DNA from: an uncultured delta proteobacterium
Lineage (GTDB): Bacteria > Desulfobacterota > Binatia > UBA9968
DNA: 64,000 nucleotides
Direction: 5' to 3'
NCBI GenBank assembly: GCA_963804165.1
Contig: CAWDPO010000023.1
Coordinates: 192,001 to 256,000 of the forward strand
In this document: piece after piece, positions 19,751-30,223 of the stretch
Layout of the letters: each line of letters begins with the position of its first letter
Numbering within the stretch: position 1 is the stretch's first letter
Notes under the pieces: model-generated
What the model was told of the DNA's origin: nothing
The model's database searches: none
What the model saw: only the letters and a program-made list of their open reading frames with translations
Position numbers and translations under genes: made by a program

Positions 19751-20736
19751 CACTGTTCCCCCGCTACGCCGAACAAGAGTTTTTCCAAGACCATGCGGCG
19801 GTTAAAATTGCGCTGGATCGCCGCGGCAGCGCTGACGGTTTTACCGATCAATACAGGGAGTTGTTCAACGACGATTTTAGCCGCCTGCTGTTCGATTTGC
19901 GGTAGCATGTCCAAATTTACCAATTCGTCCGATTGGTTCGTGACCCTATAAACTAACAGATCCCGATACCAGCTCTCCGCCCACTGCAGAAATTTAAGCG
20001 CCTCATCGCGATCTTCGGCGAGCGCGTCTGCGGCCGCCATCGCCGAATGATAATCTCCAACCTTAAGCGAACTCAACATGCCCATCCAGACTTGTCTTTT
20101 TTCAACGAGGTCATCCTTATCCAATTTGACCGCGACGCCGATGCTGCCCATGCTCATCGCCGCAACCAGCTCGGCATCATCCGCAGCTTGCCCACGCTTC
20201 GAACTTAGGTAATCCGCAACCTCCTGCCGCGCCAAAGGCGCGAAGCTCAACCGCAGACAGCGCGATCGCAACGTCGCCAATAGCGCGCCTGCGCTTGGAG
20301 CAATCAAAATGATTATCGAGTTTTGCGGCGGCTCTTCGAGTGTTTTCAGCAAGGCGTTTTGTGCGGCGGAGTTCAGCAGCGTCGCCGGATCGATAATCAT
20401 GATTTTTCGCTTGCCGGTAAACGACCGATAGTTCAGCTCGCGTTCGAGTTCGCGGATTTGTTGAATGCTGATTTCTTTCTTGTCTGGGAGAGGCTCAATC
20501 ACGCGCACATCGGGATGGTTGCCGTTGGCGATACGAGCGCAGTTGGCGCATTGGCCGCAAAAATCATTGTTGACCGCTTGGCAGTGAATCGCTTTAGCGT
20601 AAGCCACCGCGACCATGCGCTTGCCCACGCCCTCAGGTCCCACGAACAGGTAAGCGTGGTGCAGGCGATCGCCCGCCAATGCCGAGCGTAGGATCGCGAG
20701 TTGTCTTTGATGACCGACAAGCTCTGTGAAGCTCAT
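19750..20736 (-). CDS. holB: DNA polymerase III delta' subunit
   Basis: HAYLFxGPEGVGK, CGQC..C, HPD, NALLKTLEEP, SRC; tmk-holB-metG-tatD synteny. Confidence 0.95.
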   Translation of the reverse strand: MSFTELVGHQRQLAILRSALAGDRLHHAYLFVGPEGVGKRMVAVAYAKAIHCQAVNNDFCGQCANCARIANGNHPDVRVIEPLPDKKEISIQQIRELERELNYRSFTGKRKIMIIDPATLLNSAAQNALLKTLEEPPQNSIIILIAPSAGALLATLRSRCLRLSFAPLARQEVADYLSSKRGQAADDAELVAAMSMGSIGVAVKLDKDDLVEKRQVWMGMLSSLKVGDYHSAMAAADALAEDRDEALKFLQWAESWYRDLLVYRVTNQSDELVNLDMLPQIEQQAAKIVVEQLPVLIGKTVSAAAAIQRNFNRRMVLEKLLFGVAGEQ

Positions 20737-21380
20737 GTAACCAATTCCTGATCGATAATGCCACGAATCTCCGCAGAAATTACTTCCACGGGCTTGGCGG
20801 CATTGATGACGCGAAAGCGCGAAGGTTCGTTCTGTGCCAAGTCGAGAAACCCCGCGCGAACTTTTTCGTGAAACTCGATCTTCTCGCGCTCGAAACGATC
20901 TTCCTGCACTCTGCCGGTCACCCGCTCGGCTTGCCTGCGAACCGTTCGCGCCAAACCGATGTCGACGGGGCAATCCAGCAAGAATGTTAGATCTGGGCGC
21001 ACGGCGCCACTCGCCGCATCGTTAAGCTGGCGCAGCCAATTGAGATCAATGTCGCGGCCGTAGCCCTGATAAGCGAGAGTGGAATCCGTGAAACGATCGC
21101 ACAGCACGATCTTGCCCGCATCGATAGCCGGCAGGATGACTTCGTGTACATGCTGGGACCGATCCGCCAGATACAAGAACATTTCGGTTGATGAGGCGAT
21201 TTCGTGATCGCCGACCTCCAGCAATACTTTTCGGATCAGCTTCCCAAGCGCCGTGCCTCCCGGCTCCCTCGTCACTAGGCACGGTCGTCTTTGTTGTCGG
21301 AGGTAATTCTCTAGCGCGCGGACCTGTGTGGTCTTGCCGGTGCCGTCTCCTCCTTCGAACGTGATCAGGCGGATCATCAC
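20733..21380 (-). CDS. tmk: Thymidylate kinase
   Basis: FEGGDGTGKTTQ, REPGGT, DRFTDSTLAYQG. Confidence 0.97.
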   Translation of the reverse strand: MMIRLITFEGGDGTGKTTQVRALENYLRQQRRPCLVTREPGGTALGKLIRKVLLEVGDHEIASSTEMFLYLADRSQHVHEVILPAIDAGKIVLCDRFTDSTLAYQGYGRDIDLNWLRQLNDAASGAVRPDLTFLLDCPVDIGLARTVRRQAERVTGRVQEDRFEREKIEFHEKVRAGFLDLAQNEPSRFRVINAAKPVEVISAEIRGIIDQELVT

Positions 21381-21477
21381 TTAGAAGAATGTAGAAAACG
21401 CGGGAAAGATGCAAACAGCTGTATCGAGTCTGTGTCGACTCGATACAAAATTGGCGAGCGGATTGAGTTAGGCGGGC

Positions 21478-21861
21478 TTAGGCTTTGCCTTCGCCCAAGA
21501 GCAAATTGATACCGTTGACTAACTGGGTGCTCGTGAACGGCTTCGTGATATAATAGTCAGCTCCTAGTTTGTAGCCGCCCAGAACATCTTCGTATTGCAC
21601 TTTCGCCGTTAGCAAGATTACCGGGATGGTAGCGGTTTCGCTTTTACCCTTTAACCGCGTCAGCACTTCCAAACCATCCATCTCCGGCATCATGATATCC
21701 AATATGATCAAGTCGGGCTTTTGGTTCGGCAGCATGTTTAGTAATTCAGGGCCACTGGACGCACTGAAGACAGTATAACCGCGCCCTTCCAGAATGGTTT
21801 TGACGATCGTAATGATATCGGGGTTATCGTCAACCACCATTATGGTCTTCTTTGTTTCCAT
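21478..21861 (-). CDS. Stand-alone response regulator receiver
   Basis: VVDD, LDIMMP, LTAK, KPF. Confidence 0.93.
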   Translation of the reverse strand: METKKTIMVVDDNPDIITIVKTILEGRGYTVFSASSGPELLNMLPNQKPDLIILDIMMPEMDGLEVLTRLKGKSETATIPVILLTAKVQYEDVLGGYKLGADYYITKPFTSTQLVNGINLLLGEGKA

Positions 21862-22060
21862 GCTCGCTCCCTCTTGCGCCTCTCCCATGATTGCTCTTCA
21901 CCCACCAGTCTCATGCCGCTATAAGAAGCATTCGAACCTGTAGCTGTGTTGTACCTTTAAAAACCCGTCACAAAGGCCTTATAGGCTTGCCAAACCGTTG
22001 CAGATTAATAATTTACCATCTTGCAGGATCATTGTAAATTTAAAAGTCGTGGCCATCAAA

Positions 22061-23245
22061 TTAGGGGCTGGAAGTGCGCCAGTAGTCTTGCGAAACGAAG
22101 GAAGGCAATGCAACGTAAGCATTGCTGAGCGTCGTACTAGGAATCAGCTGTGCGGCCCGCCGCAATGCTCCGCGGCTAAAAAGTAGACGTAAATTCCCCT
22201 GAATATCGAGAATTGCGGTGCTGCTTCCGGGGCTGCCGGTTTCGTTAATCACCACCGCGCCAAAAATTTCTTTGCTTGTCAACGTCGAAACTTTGAGGCC
22301 CAGTTCTTGACCAGAAACGATCACCAACCCCTCCCAGCGAAACGAGCCGCTCAGGATCAAATCCGCGTTTTTGACCACCAGAATTCCTACGCCACTCATA
22401 TTCCCCGTGAAGCTCACTGCGTCACCCGGCGCTGACAGGCCCTCGATACAATGGAGCTGTGGCGAAAGTTGGGAACCCCAAAGCTGATTTTCAAAACTCA
22501 GGTTTCCGTCACTAGGAATCGAATGCAGCGAAACACCGGGAGCAACGCATAAGTCGTTGGCCAATTGCGTAATGAGGTTCGCTGGGACATGACTGCTCAG
22601 CGCGAGCGCCGGCACGTCGATCGCGCTCTCCAGTATACCTAGCGGCGGAGAACTTCCCAACGCTTGCATGAACAGATCGCGCGACGCATCGTCGGCAACG
22701 GTGACTGCGCTTCGTGACTTCGCCTCGGGCAGAGGATTCCCGATTGCCGGATCATGGTCAAGGCCTGAAATAAATGTTGCGCCACCACTGAGATTGACGC
22801 GCGCGACGCTACCCCGCAGCCCGAGTGCGCCGTCAGCGAGGTCATAGGCCTTGGTAAGTTGAGCTTGGAGAACTTGGGAAGACGTGCCGATTGTTCCGAT
22901 GGAGCGGACCACGACCCTCGCCGTCAACGGATCCGTCACGGCAGGGGACAGGGAGGAAACGGCGAAACTGCCAGTAGCGAAAGACTTCGACTGGTTTGGC
23001 GGAGCAGGCGGAAAAGCGATATCGCCAGCAATTTCATTCTTGCTCCATTCAAGGCCGGCTGTTGAATAGTAAAAGGCCTCTGTACCGCCACGTAAATTGC
23101 TCAACACGCGATAGTCATTTTGCATCATTACGCGGATACCGATGCCGACGGCCAGCAAGATGGAGAGGATCGCGAGCGAGCTCATGAGCACCATTCCCCG
23201 TGAGTCCCGCAGTCGCTTCCCACTGATATTGATACGATTGAACAT
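22061..23245 (-). CDS. pilX: PilX-like minor pilin (set A)
   Basis: G|MVLMSSL N-terminus lacking E5; paralogue of 25471-26610. Confidence 0.7.
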   Translation of the reverse strand: MFNRINISGKRLRDSRGMVLMSSLAILSILLAVGIGIRVMMQNDYRVLSNLRGGTEAFYYSTAGLEWSKNEIAGDIAFPPAPPNQSKSFATGSFAVSSLSPAVTDPLTARVVVRSIGTIGTSSQVLQAQLTKAYDLADGALGLRGSVARVNLSGGATFISGLDHDPAIGNPLPEAKSRSAVTVADDASRDLFMQALGSSPPLGILESAIDVPALALSSHVPANLITQLANDLCVAPGVSLHSIPSDGNLSFENQLWGSQLSPQLHCIEGLSAPGDAVSFTGNMSGVGILVVKNADLILSGSFRWEGLVIVSGQELGLKVSTLTSKEIFGAVVINETGSPGSSTAILDIQGNLRLLFSRGALRRAAQLIPSTTLSNAYVALPSFVSQDYWRTSSP

Positions 23246-23896
23246 CAGTTACGAAATTCAACGCTCGTCGAAAGCGCCGAAGTCACGCTGCCGGCGATTT
23301 TCGGATCGGGATTCTTCACTTGAACACTAAAAGCAACCTTAACTCGCTTGATGGCGTTCAACGACGGGGTGTTGCCGAGATCGGCGCCGCTCGAATCGTA
23401 AAATGTGAAGATTTTTCCCGAACGCCATAGGCACGACGTTGGCCACCAAGCAGTCACCGTTGCGTCGAATGATATGGGTGCCGGCGCAAGTGGCAGTCGG
23501 CCCTGTCAACTCATAGCGAATATTTTCTCGCGGATCGACATCGCCGCAATTACCGTTACCGTTCAGATCCATTTGAACATGAATCATGCTTGTGCTCGCA
23601 GCATAGACGCGATTACAGACCGTATCGGCATCATCGTTGGGATCGTCGGTGCCACCGAACTCTGACGGCACACTGCCACTTCCCCACGAGCCCGCCTCTC
23701 GCAGATCGCGAATCATGATATCAAAAGAGCCGCGGGCGTCTTCGAGCGTGGCGGTTTTCAACTCGAGCCTGAGCACGTGGTACAACTCGCTGCGAAAATA
23801 GCCGTACAGCGAGGTAATCAGGACCGATCCGATCAACAACGACGCCAGTTGTTCGATCAATGTTGCGCCGCGACTGTCGAGATGCATCCGAGCCAT
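23245..23896 (-). CDS. pilW: PilW-like minor pilin (set A), frameshift near 23405
   Basis: G|ATLIE prepilin motif, RDLREAG; C-terminal VEFRN in another frame. Confidence 0.7.
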
Positions 23897-23898
23897 GT

Positions 23899-24303
23899 TC
23901 AATCACCTACAAATAAAAGCGTCGTAAGCGTGATCTCACGAGCCTCATAATCCCGCCATGAGACGATGACATCAATTTGTTTGAGGTTCGTTCCGAGGGG
24001 TGACAGAGCAACTCTCCAGCATCGATCGAAAATTCCCGCGACGCCGGTTTTTGCAGAGATGCCCCGATCGCCCCCGCTTGGGCATAAATCGATGTCGGCA
24101 AGCGAACGTAGCACTTGTAATTCTTCGATCTTGTCCTGTGCCAAGTGAATCGCGACGGTTGAGTGGTCACTCACAGTCTGCCGCTGAATGACAGTGACAC
24201 TACTCAACGAGTAACCCATCACACCCAGGACCACGATACTCATCGCGGCGAGGATCTCATTGAATGTGAAGCCCGCTTCACGTCGAGATTGGATTGGGCT
24301 CAT
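23899..24303 (-). CDS. pilV: PilV-like minor pilin (set A)
   Basis: G|FTFNE motif, LAQDKIEEL, V.VSW. Confidence 0.75.
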   Translation of the reverse strand: MSPIQSRREAGFTFNEILAAMSIVVLGVMGYSLSSVTVIQRQTVSDHSTVAIHLAQDKIEELQVLRSLADIDLCPSGGDRGISAKTGVAGIFDRCWRVALSPLGTNLKQIDVIVSWRDYEAREITLTTLLFVGD

Positions 24304-24313
24304 CGTCGCTAAC

Positions 24314-24763
24314 TCAGCAGTCCTCGATGCAGCTGTTCGGCGAGCAAATTCTAACTCTGCCCGTCGCGCTGACAATAACCTGTTTGCACACGCCGTCGCT
24401 GTTGCGCAATCGTACCCGATTTGCTCCTGCTGTGCCGCGCGGCGAAAACGAAATTATGCCGTCTTTAGTAATATTCGTTCCTTCCGCGATTGGCTTGGTC
24501 GCCAGCGCCTTGGAATCACGCTGAATCGTGTAAGCTTTCGCGCCCTCAAGATACGCTAACTGGAATCCGACGTTTTCCGCCGCAGCGCGCATCTTGAGAC
24601 TGTGGAGCTCCGATTGAAGCTGCCGAACAGAATTATTCAGCGCGTAGGTCGGCAACAACCTGTTCCAGTTGGGTAAGGCAATCGCGGTGAGAATTCCCAT
24701 GACTGCCAGAACGAAGACCACTTCGATGATTGAGAAGCCGTTGCCTCTAAGCGCGAATCTCAT
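24314..24763 (-). CDS. fimT: FimT/GspH-like pseudopilin (set A)
   Basis: G|FSIIE motif, FSPRG, TGRVR. Confidence 0.8.
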   Translation of the reverse strand: MRFALRGNGFSIIEVVFVLAVMGILTAIALPNWNRLLPTYALNNSVRQLQSELHSLKMRAAAENVGFQLAYLEGAKAYTIQRDSKALATKPIAEGTNITKDGIISFSPRGTAGANRVRLRNSDGVCKQVIVSATGRVRICSPNSCIEDC

Positions 24764-24911
24764 AGTTTCCTCCAAGACGCGGACAATACTGCCGCAGACT
24801 TGGAAGTGTCAAGAGGCGACAAACCGACCCATGGGATGCAAAATTAGACTTTTGCGATAACCCAATAGGATGTTAAAATGGGGTAAATTTGGTTGGGAGG
24901 TTTGAGGTTTA

Positions 24912-25477
24912 ATGAGTAAACGGTTCGCCTGCTGGTCGGTTCTGGCCGTGTGCAGCGGGGTGTTGGCGTCGCTGACGCGGCCTACGTGATCAAACTGAAG
25001 AACGGCAACGAGTACGTCACCACCCGATATTGGCATGAAGGCGGGCAGGTGCTCTTCGATACCTACGGGGGAATATTCGGGATTGAAAAGCGTTTTGTGG
25101 TCAAGATCGAGAAGACCGAACAAGTTGTAAAATTGGTTACCGTGTCGGATCGAGACCCATCGGAAAGAACTCAGACGGATTCTAAAAAGGAGTCCGATGA
25201 GCAGGGTAAGGTAAAAACCAAGGAGGACGCACCGCCTAAGAAGGACAAAGCGCCTGACGACCCGATCGTCGGTGAGTTTAATCGTCTGAAAGAACTGTCT
25301 CAGCAAGTCGATGGAATGTTAACGAGTGAGATCCGCGAACTGCTAAATCGAATTACCGAGTTTAAGAGTAAACTATCAAGGGATAGTAAACTGTTTGTCG
25401 AATACGGTCGTGAATTCAACGATGCGCATGAAATCGGTGCTGTCGTCGAGACCGCTCTGGGCACGAGAACTCAATAG
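24912..25477 (+). CDS. Exported hypothetical protein between the pilin sets (frameshift in the signal region)
   Basis: ATG at 24912 with GAGG RBS; body IKLKNG.. lies in frame 24950-25477. Confidence 0.6.
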
Positions 25478-26610
25478 CTTTGCTTCCAATTGACAACTTT
25501 CAAAGGCTGACTGGATAGCGATTTTTTGACCTCGCAGCTGTTGTAACCAATAGTGACGCTTCCGCTTACTGCCGTATCGCCAAGCGAATAAGCGCCCGAA
25601 TAAACCTGACCCTGGATATTCTTGGTATTGCTACCACCTCCACTGGCCGTCACGACTCCGGTGGCAATGATGATTCCATGCCAATTGATATTGCCCGCAA
25701 GCTGCAAATTACCCTTCACTACGAGAATTCCGTAACCCGTAACATTGTTCAATCGCAGCTCTCCATCAGCTTGCTGCGTAGCATCGGCGTAGACCGTTAC
25801 GTAGTCCGTAGCACTTCCATAGCTCGTTGTACCATTCCCTGAGGCAGACACATCCGCCGTCAGAGTCACGGAGGCTCCTCCTTTTAAGGCGTCGACGTAG
25901 GATTGAAGGTCCAGGTTGGTGGTTCCGACGGCCGTCGCCGGATTGCCAGCGACTGATGGACTGCCATTCGCGGTGTAAGTATGCGTATTGCTCGGCGGCT
26001 CGCTGTAGACGTATACCCCTCCGATATTCGAGCCACCGCAACTTCCCGCATCATTGCCACTAATATTGATCGAAGATCCGTTTAGGGTCGTGTTATCCTG
26101 GGAGTAAAGGACCGCCGGACTGTTGTTGGAAAGTGAATACAGTTGAACTGTAGTAATCACGATCGCTTTGGTGTTATTCGGCCCAGTCGCGACGGACGTG
26201 ATCACAGCTTTCCCGTTATTATCTGTCGTAGTCGTTTCGCCCACGGCCGAATCGTTCGTCAGGGACGCGTTGTATGCATAACCGCTGACCAAAGTGCTTG
26301 ACGACGCCAACGGTGTGCTCGCATAGGCGACCAGCTCTTCGCTGAAGTTGGTTGTGTTGGAGCTCGAGGCATTTGCTGCCCGAAGAGTCTGGCGTGCTTG
26401 CTCCGTGCCGGCCATCGCCAACTGCAGCGCGGTTTGATTGGTTCTGAAATTTCCGCCAATCTTAACGTCGGTGGAAGACACGATGTAAGCAGTGGTTCCG
26501 ACCAAGACAAGAGCCGCAATCAAACAAAGAACAGCGATCAGAACGATACCCCTCTCGTTCTCTAATAAGCGCATCCCCGCAGGACGACGGGTTTGTTCAT
26601 TGAACTTCAT
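25471..26610 (-). CDS. pilX: PilX-like minor pilin (set B)
   Basis: ERG|IVLIAVL; AMAGTE PilX N-terminal motif. Confidence 0.8.
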   Translation of the reverse strand: MKFNEQTRRPAGMRLLENERGIVLIAVLCLIAALVLVGTTAYIVSSTDVKIGGNFRTNQTALQLAMAGTEQARQTLRAANASSSNTTNFSEELVAYASTPLASSSTLVSGYAYNASLTNDSAVGETTTTDNNGKAVITSVATGPNNTKAIVITTVQLYSLSNNSPAVLYSQDNTTLNGSSINISGNDAGSCGGSNIGGVYVYSEPPSNTHTYTANGSPSVAGNPATAVGTTNLDLQSYVDALKGGASVTLTADVSASGNGTTSYGSATDYVTVYADATQQADGELRLNNVTGYGILVVKGNLQLAGNINWHGIIIATGVVTASGGGSNTKNIQGQVYSGAYSLGDTAVSGSVTIGYNSCEVKKSLSSQPLKVVNWKQSY

Positions 26611-26622
26611 AAATATTCCTCG

Positions 26623-27228
26623 TTACAGCGCTAGATTCGGCGGAGTCACATCGGCGCTTATCTGATAGGTTCTATAGCCACCATTACTCGTATAACTGGG
26701 GTCTGGTTTAGCAGTCCGGGCAGTGATGTCGATGGTAACCCTTCTGACGGACGTATTCGTGGTGGTTGACGCGCCAGTGGCATCCAAATATGTAAACGTG
26801 AACGCCGTGATATTGTCGGCAACCGTGGCACTTGCTCCGCTATTATTGAGAGTTCTCGTGATGAGACCGGTAGAACTATCAAAGGCATAGGAAATGTCGT
26901 CAGTCGACCCGTCCGTTTCAACGCCGCTGGAATCCAAATCAAGCTTTATACGCAGCGTTGTTGATGTCGAAGTTTGAATTCCATTGAATGTTCCACCTGC
27001 CGGTTTGTACCCTGCCATTTGGATCTCGCGCAACATCAAGTCCAGGGCTCCACGCACGTTTTGCTGCATCTGCCCAATCTGTTCCTCGGCACTGTTTTGT
27101 CGGCTCTGGGCGGTAAACGTCTTGGCGATCCCGCCCAGGACAACAAGCCCAATAGTCATGGCGACCAGCAGTTCCATGAGCGTAAAGCCCGAGGTGACCT
27201 TAAATTTTTGATTCGATAATTGGATCAT
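26623..27228 (-). CDS. pilW: PilW-like minor pilin (set B)
   Basis: G|FTLME, REIQMAGY. Confidence 0.85.
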   Translation of the reverse strand: MIQLSNQKFKVTSGFTLMELLVAMTIGLVVLGGIAKTFTAQSRQNSAEEQIGQMQQNVRGALDLMLREIQMAGYKPAGGTFNGIQTSTSTTLRIKLDLDSSGVETDGSTDDISYAFDSSTGLITRTLNNSGASATVADNITAFTFTYLDATGASTTTNTSVRRVTIDITARTAKPDPSYTSNGGYRTYQISADVTPPNLAL

Positions 27229-27656
27229 GATGCCGCCAAGATAGTCTTTAGCGTAACTGACTTAGAGCCCACGGCACCTTCGGACCATGTCACCGTAACT
27301 GTAAGCGTCTTTATCGTAGGCGAGATGGAGGGTGTTGGTGTTACCGTAAGCGCCCGTGTGAACGTGACTGGGCCTTGGGTCACATTGACGCTGCCCGATA
27401 GGCAAGTACTAGAACCGGCGCCGGCATTGGTAAAGCCCACACGTCGATTTTCTTCTAAACAAGACTGCGCAATCGCAGTGGCGGTCGTCATGTTTCGGCT
27501 CCCCACGTTGCCGCGGACGACGCCGGTGGTAAGAGCGGCTGTCCCAAGCAATCCGACCGTAAGCAACACGATCGCGATAAAAACCTCGATCAGAGTGAAA
27601 CCATCCTGGTTACTGGCAATTGTCGACACCGATGAATTGAATCGCAGGTTCGCCAT
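27225..27656 (-). CDS. pilV: PilV-like minor pilin (set B)
   Basis: G|FTLIEV, VTVTW. Confidence 0.85.
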   Translation of the reverse strand: MANLRFNSSVSTIASNQDGFTLIEVFIAIVLLTVGLLGTAALTTGVVRGNVGSRNMTTATAIAQSCLEENRRVGFTNAGAGSSTCLSGSVNVTQGPVTFTRALTVTPTPSISPTIKTLTVTVTWSEGAVGSKSVTLKTILAAS

Positions 27657-28099
27657 CAGCTGATACTCGCCGTTCCGGTAATTCTAATTGTGACCGTTTT
27701 AGTTCCACCGGAGTTCGTTAACGTGATCGTCGGCGCGACATCCGTCGTACCCCGTGAGGAAAATGTAATCGTCGACGCAGTGGAGGTTAACGTTACATCC
27801 GAGTATTCCGTTTGAATGTTAACTGTTTTCGTTGTGGAGCCAGCAATTTGCATCGTCTGATTGGTCGGGAAGGTCACGGTGTACGCAGTATTGTCGTTGA
27901 CCGCTTTTGACCGCGCCCACATAAGCTCGGCATAGACTTGACGCGCGGCGCCGTTGAGCCGATTCATTGGGCGAAACGCTAGGAATTGAGGTGCCGCAGT
28001 TGCAGCGAGGATACCGAAAACCCCGATCGCCACCAATATTTCACCGAGGCTGAATCCCCGACGATCTGTCAGTATATATTTACAACGATGGATAACCAT
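27656..28099 (-). CDS. fimT: FimT/GspH-like pseudopilin (set B)
   Basis: RRG|FSLGE, ARSKAV, FSSRG; GAGG RBS before ATG at 28099. Confidence 0.8.
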   Translation of the reverse strand: MVIHRCKYILTDRRGFSLGEILVAIGVFGILAATAAPQFLAFRPMNRLNGAARQVYAELMWARSKAVNDNTAYTVTFPTNQTMQIAGSTTKTVNIQTEYSDVTLTSTASTITFSSRGTTDVAPTITLTNSGGTKTVTIRITGTASIS

Positions 28100-28186
28100 G
28101 ACCTCTTTCAAATGAGCAATTCTGCAAAACTCCAAAAAGGCCTGCATTTGCCAGGATACAGCGATCCACAGCGCAAGATGATGCGC

Positions 28187-28202
28187 TGCAATACACGCAC
28201 CA
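28187..28202 (-). promoter_or_regulatory. Sigma54 (-24/-12) promoter for minor pilin set B
   Basis: Minus strand TGGTGCGTGTATTGCA has GG-N10-GC spacing, about 90 nt upstream of fimT. Confidence 0.55.
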
Positions 28203-28351
28203 GGCAAATTGGCACTTCAGTTCGACTTAAAAGTCCGCAGTTGGCGCGAAATGAGGACGGAAGTTTCCGAAAATGCCCAGGATCAAAATGGTTAGAATGT
28301 CAAAGCGTGTAACGCTGGCAAAATTTTGTAAGGAAGGCCGGCCCTCCCTAT

Positions 28352-29137
28352 TTAACTGGGATAGAGATAAAGCTGGATGAGATCGTCACCGAAGAAGATG
28401 AATAAGACCGCGCCGGAGCACAGAAAGGGCGCGAACGGTAATGCCAGCCTGCGTCCCGCGCCCGTCGCCACCATGCAGGCAATTCCGACGACCGAACCGA
28501 CCAGGGAGGCGAAGAAAAGCGTTACCGGAATTGAGGGCCAACCGAGAAACGCACCGATCATCGCGAGCAATTTGATGTCGCCGCCGCCCATTCCTTCGAC
28601 GCCTGTGATTTTTTCGTAGATCCACGCCGTCGCCAGCAGAAACCCGCCGCCGGCGAGTATGCCGATCACAGAACTTAGCGGTGAGGGAACGATGCTGGAC
28701 TGATTGCCAATCGCGAAATACCCAACAATCGATAAGACCAAACCTAATACAATCCCTGGCAAACTAATCACATCAGGCACAATACGGACGTCCAAATCGA
28801 TGAATGAAATCACAATTAGCGCCGCAACAAAAATAAACCCGACAATAAATTCAAACCCGAACCCGAAACGGTAATATAGGGCGACTGCCACTAGGCCCAT
28901 TAATAACTCGACCAAAAAATAACGAGACGAAATCCGTTCCGAGCAGGAACGACAACGCGCTCTCAACAGAACATAACTGACGAGCGGAACATTGTCGTAG
29001 AACGCGATCGGTGTCCGGCAATTCGGGCAACGCGACGGCGGTGTCACAACGGATTCTTCATTTGGAATCCGTCCGATACAGACATTAAGAAAACTGCCGA
29101 CCACCGCACCAAAAAGAAATTCGATTAAGTAAGCCAT
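28352..29137 (-). CDS. pilD: Prepilin peptidase/N-methyltransferase
   Basis: GSFLNV, CPNC..CRSC, IDL, MGGGDIKL, PFAPFL. Confidence 0.96.
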   Translation of the reverse strand: MAYLIEFLFGAVVGSFLNVCIGRIPNEESVVTPPSRCPNCRTPIAFYDNVPLVSYVLLRARCRSCSERISSRYFLVELLMGLVAVALYYRFGFGFEFIVGFIFVAALIVISFIDLDVRIVPDVISLPGIVLGLVLSIVGYFAIGNQSSIVPSPLSSVIGILAGGGFLLATAWIYEKITGVEGMGGGDIKLLAMIGAFLGWPSIPVTLFFASLVGSVVGIACMVATGAGRRLALPFAPFLCSGAVLFIFFGDDLIQLYLYPS

Positions 29138-29243
29138 CTTAATTCCGGTACAGTCTTACAATGTCTGATGATTTCAGGAGCCATTCAGAAACAGAATCTT
29201 CCGTTAGCTTCCCTTTTATTATAGCAAAACACCTTCAGATCCT

Positions 29244-30137
29244 TTATAACCAGTCGCGTAAGCACCAAGTGTACCCCACATCTTCCATAGTTTTGTGTGT
29301 AGCGCGCCACACTTTGAATTTCTCACGCACCGATAAGTCAGACTTCCAGGTATTGGGTCGAGCTTTGCGGACAAAACCTTGAGGCAGCTTTGCAGTTGGG
29401 CCCGTGTGTACCTCGACTTCGCCATAGACGGGAATGGGAGTTCCGCCCGATTCCATCACGTCCGCTCTGTTAGCTTCAATCGCTAGCTTAATGTCATCGT
29501 CGTTCCAGGACACATCAAGGAACAGTGCAAGGTCCTTTAATGTTTCCACTGGAAAGTTCCAGAGCCTTTCATAACTAAGCTCGTAGAACTCGTGAGTGGA
29601 TAGATTCCTGGCAGAGGACTGAACTGCTTGAACATGTTGGACCCACATGGCCGCGGCAAGTCCAGGATGGTTCGGCGCCCAGGTCGCTCCCCAGGTCCGA
29701 GAAGCTGCCATCAGTGAAGCTACCACATCTCTAGCATCTCGCAACAAATGTATAAAACGACTGTCAGGCAATAATTCTTTAATCTCAGGTATAAACAACG
29801 CATGAGATGGCGTTTTTTCTAAAAACAATTCTTCTGGTTGCAACCGATCGATCACCGGCTTGAGTAATTCCAAGAGATAGTCTTTCAAAATCGCCAGAAA
29901 TTCTTCTTCACGGAAATAGGCTGGTGGACCAGCCGCATGACCAATTCCGGCATTGAAATGGTGTGTTTTTTGGCTTTTCCATGCGCGCAATTGTGGACCC
30001 ACATATAAGCTAAACAAATGTGACTCTTCACCAGAACGAACTCTTGGATGACTTGCCAATAGTTTTTGAAGCCAGGTCGTACCGCTACGCGGACAGCCTA
30101 CGAGAAAGACCAAGTTTTTACCCGTGTACTCCATCAC
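29244..30137 (-). CDS. Sulfotransferase
   Basis: GCPRSGTT PAPS-binding motif, EKTP, RDARDVVAS. Confidence 0.9.
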   Translation of the reverse strand: MMEYTGKNLVFLVGCPRSGTTWLQKLLASHPRVRSGEESHLFSLYVGPQLRAWKSQKTHHFNAGIGHAAGPPAYFREEEFLAILKDYLLELLKPVIDRLQPEELFLEKTPSHALFIPEIKELLPDSRFIHLLRDARDVVASLMAASRTWGATWAPNHPGLAAAMWVQHVQAVQSSARNLSTHEFYELSYERLWNFPVETLKDLALFLDVSWNDDDIKLAIEANRADVMESGGTPIPVYGEVEVHTGPTAKLPQGFVRKARPNTWKSDLSVREKFKVWRATHKTMEDVGYTWCLRDWL

Positions 30138-30223
30138 ATTATCTGCTCAAGAGATTCGGGTGCTCCCTTTCAGCGACCGCAACGACGCAAGCCGCTCACG
30201 CACATCAAAAGCAAGATGAGAAG

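Noticed and set aside
21420-21447. Hairpin TGTATCGAGTC/GACTCGATACA as a terminator
   Set aside because: No U tract follows it on the transcribed minus strand; the function is unclear.
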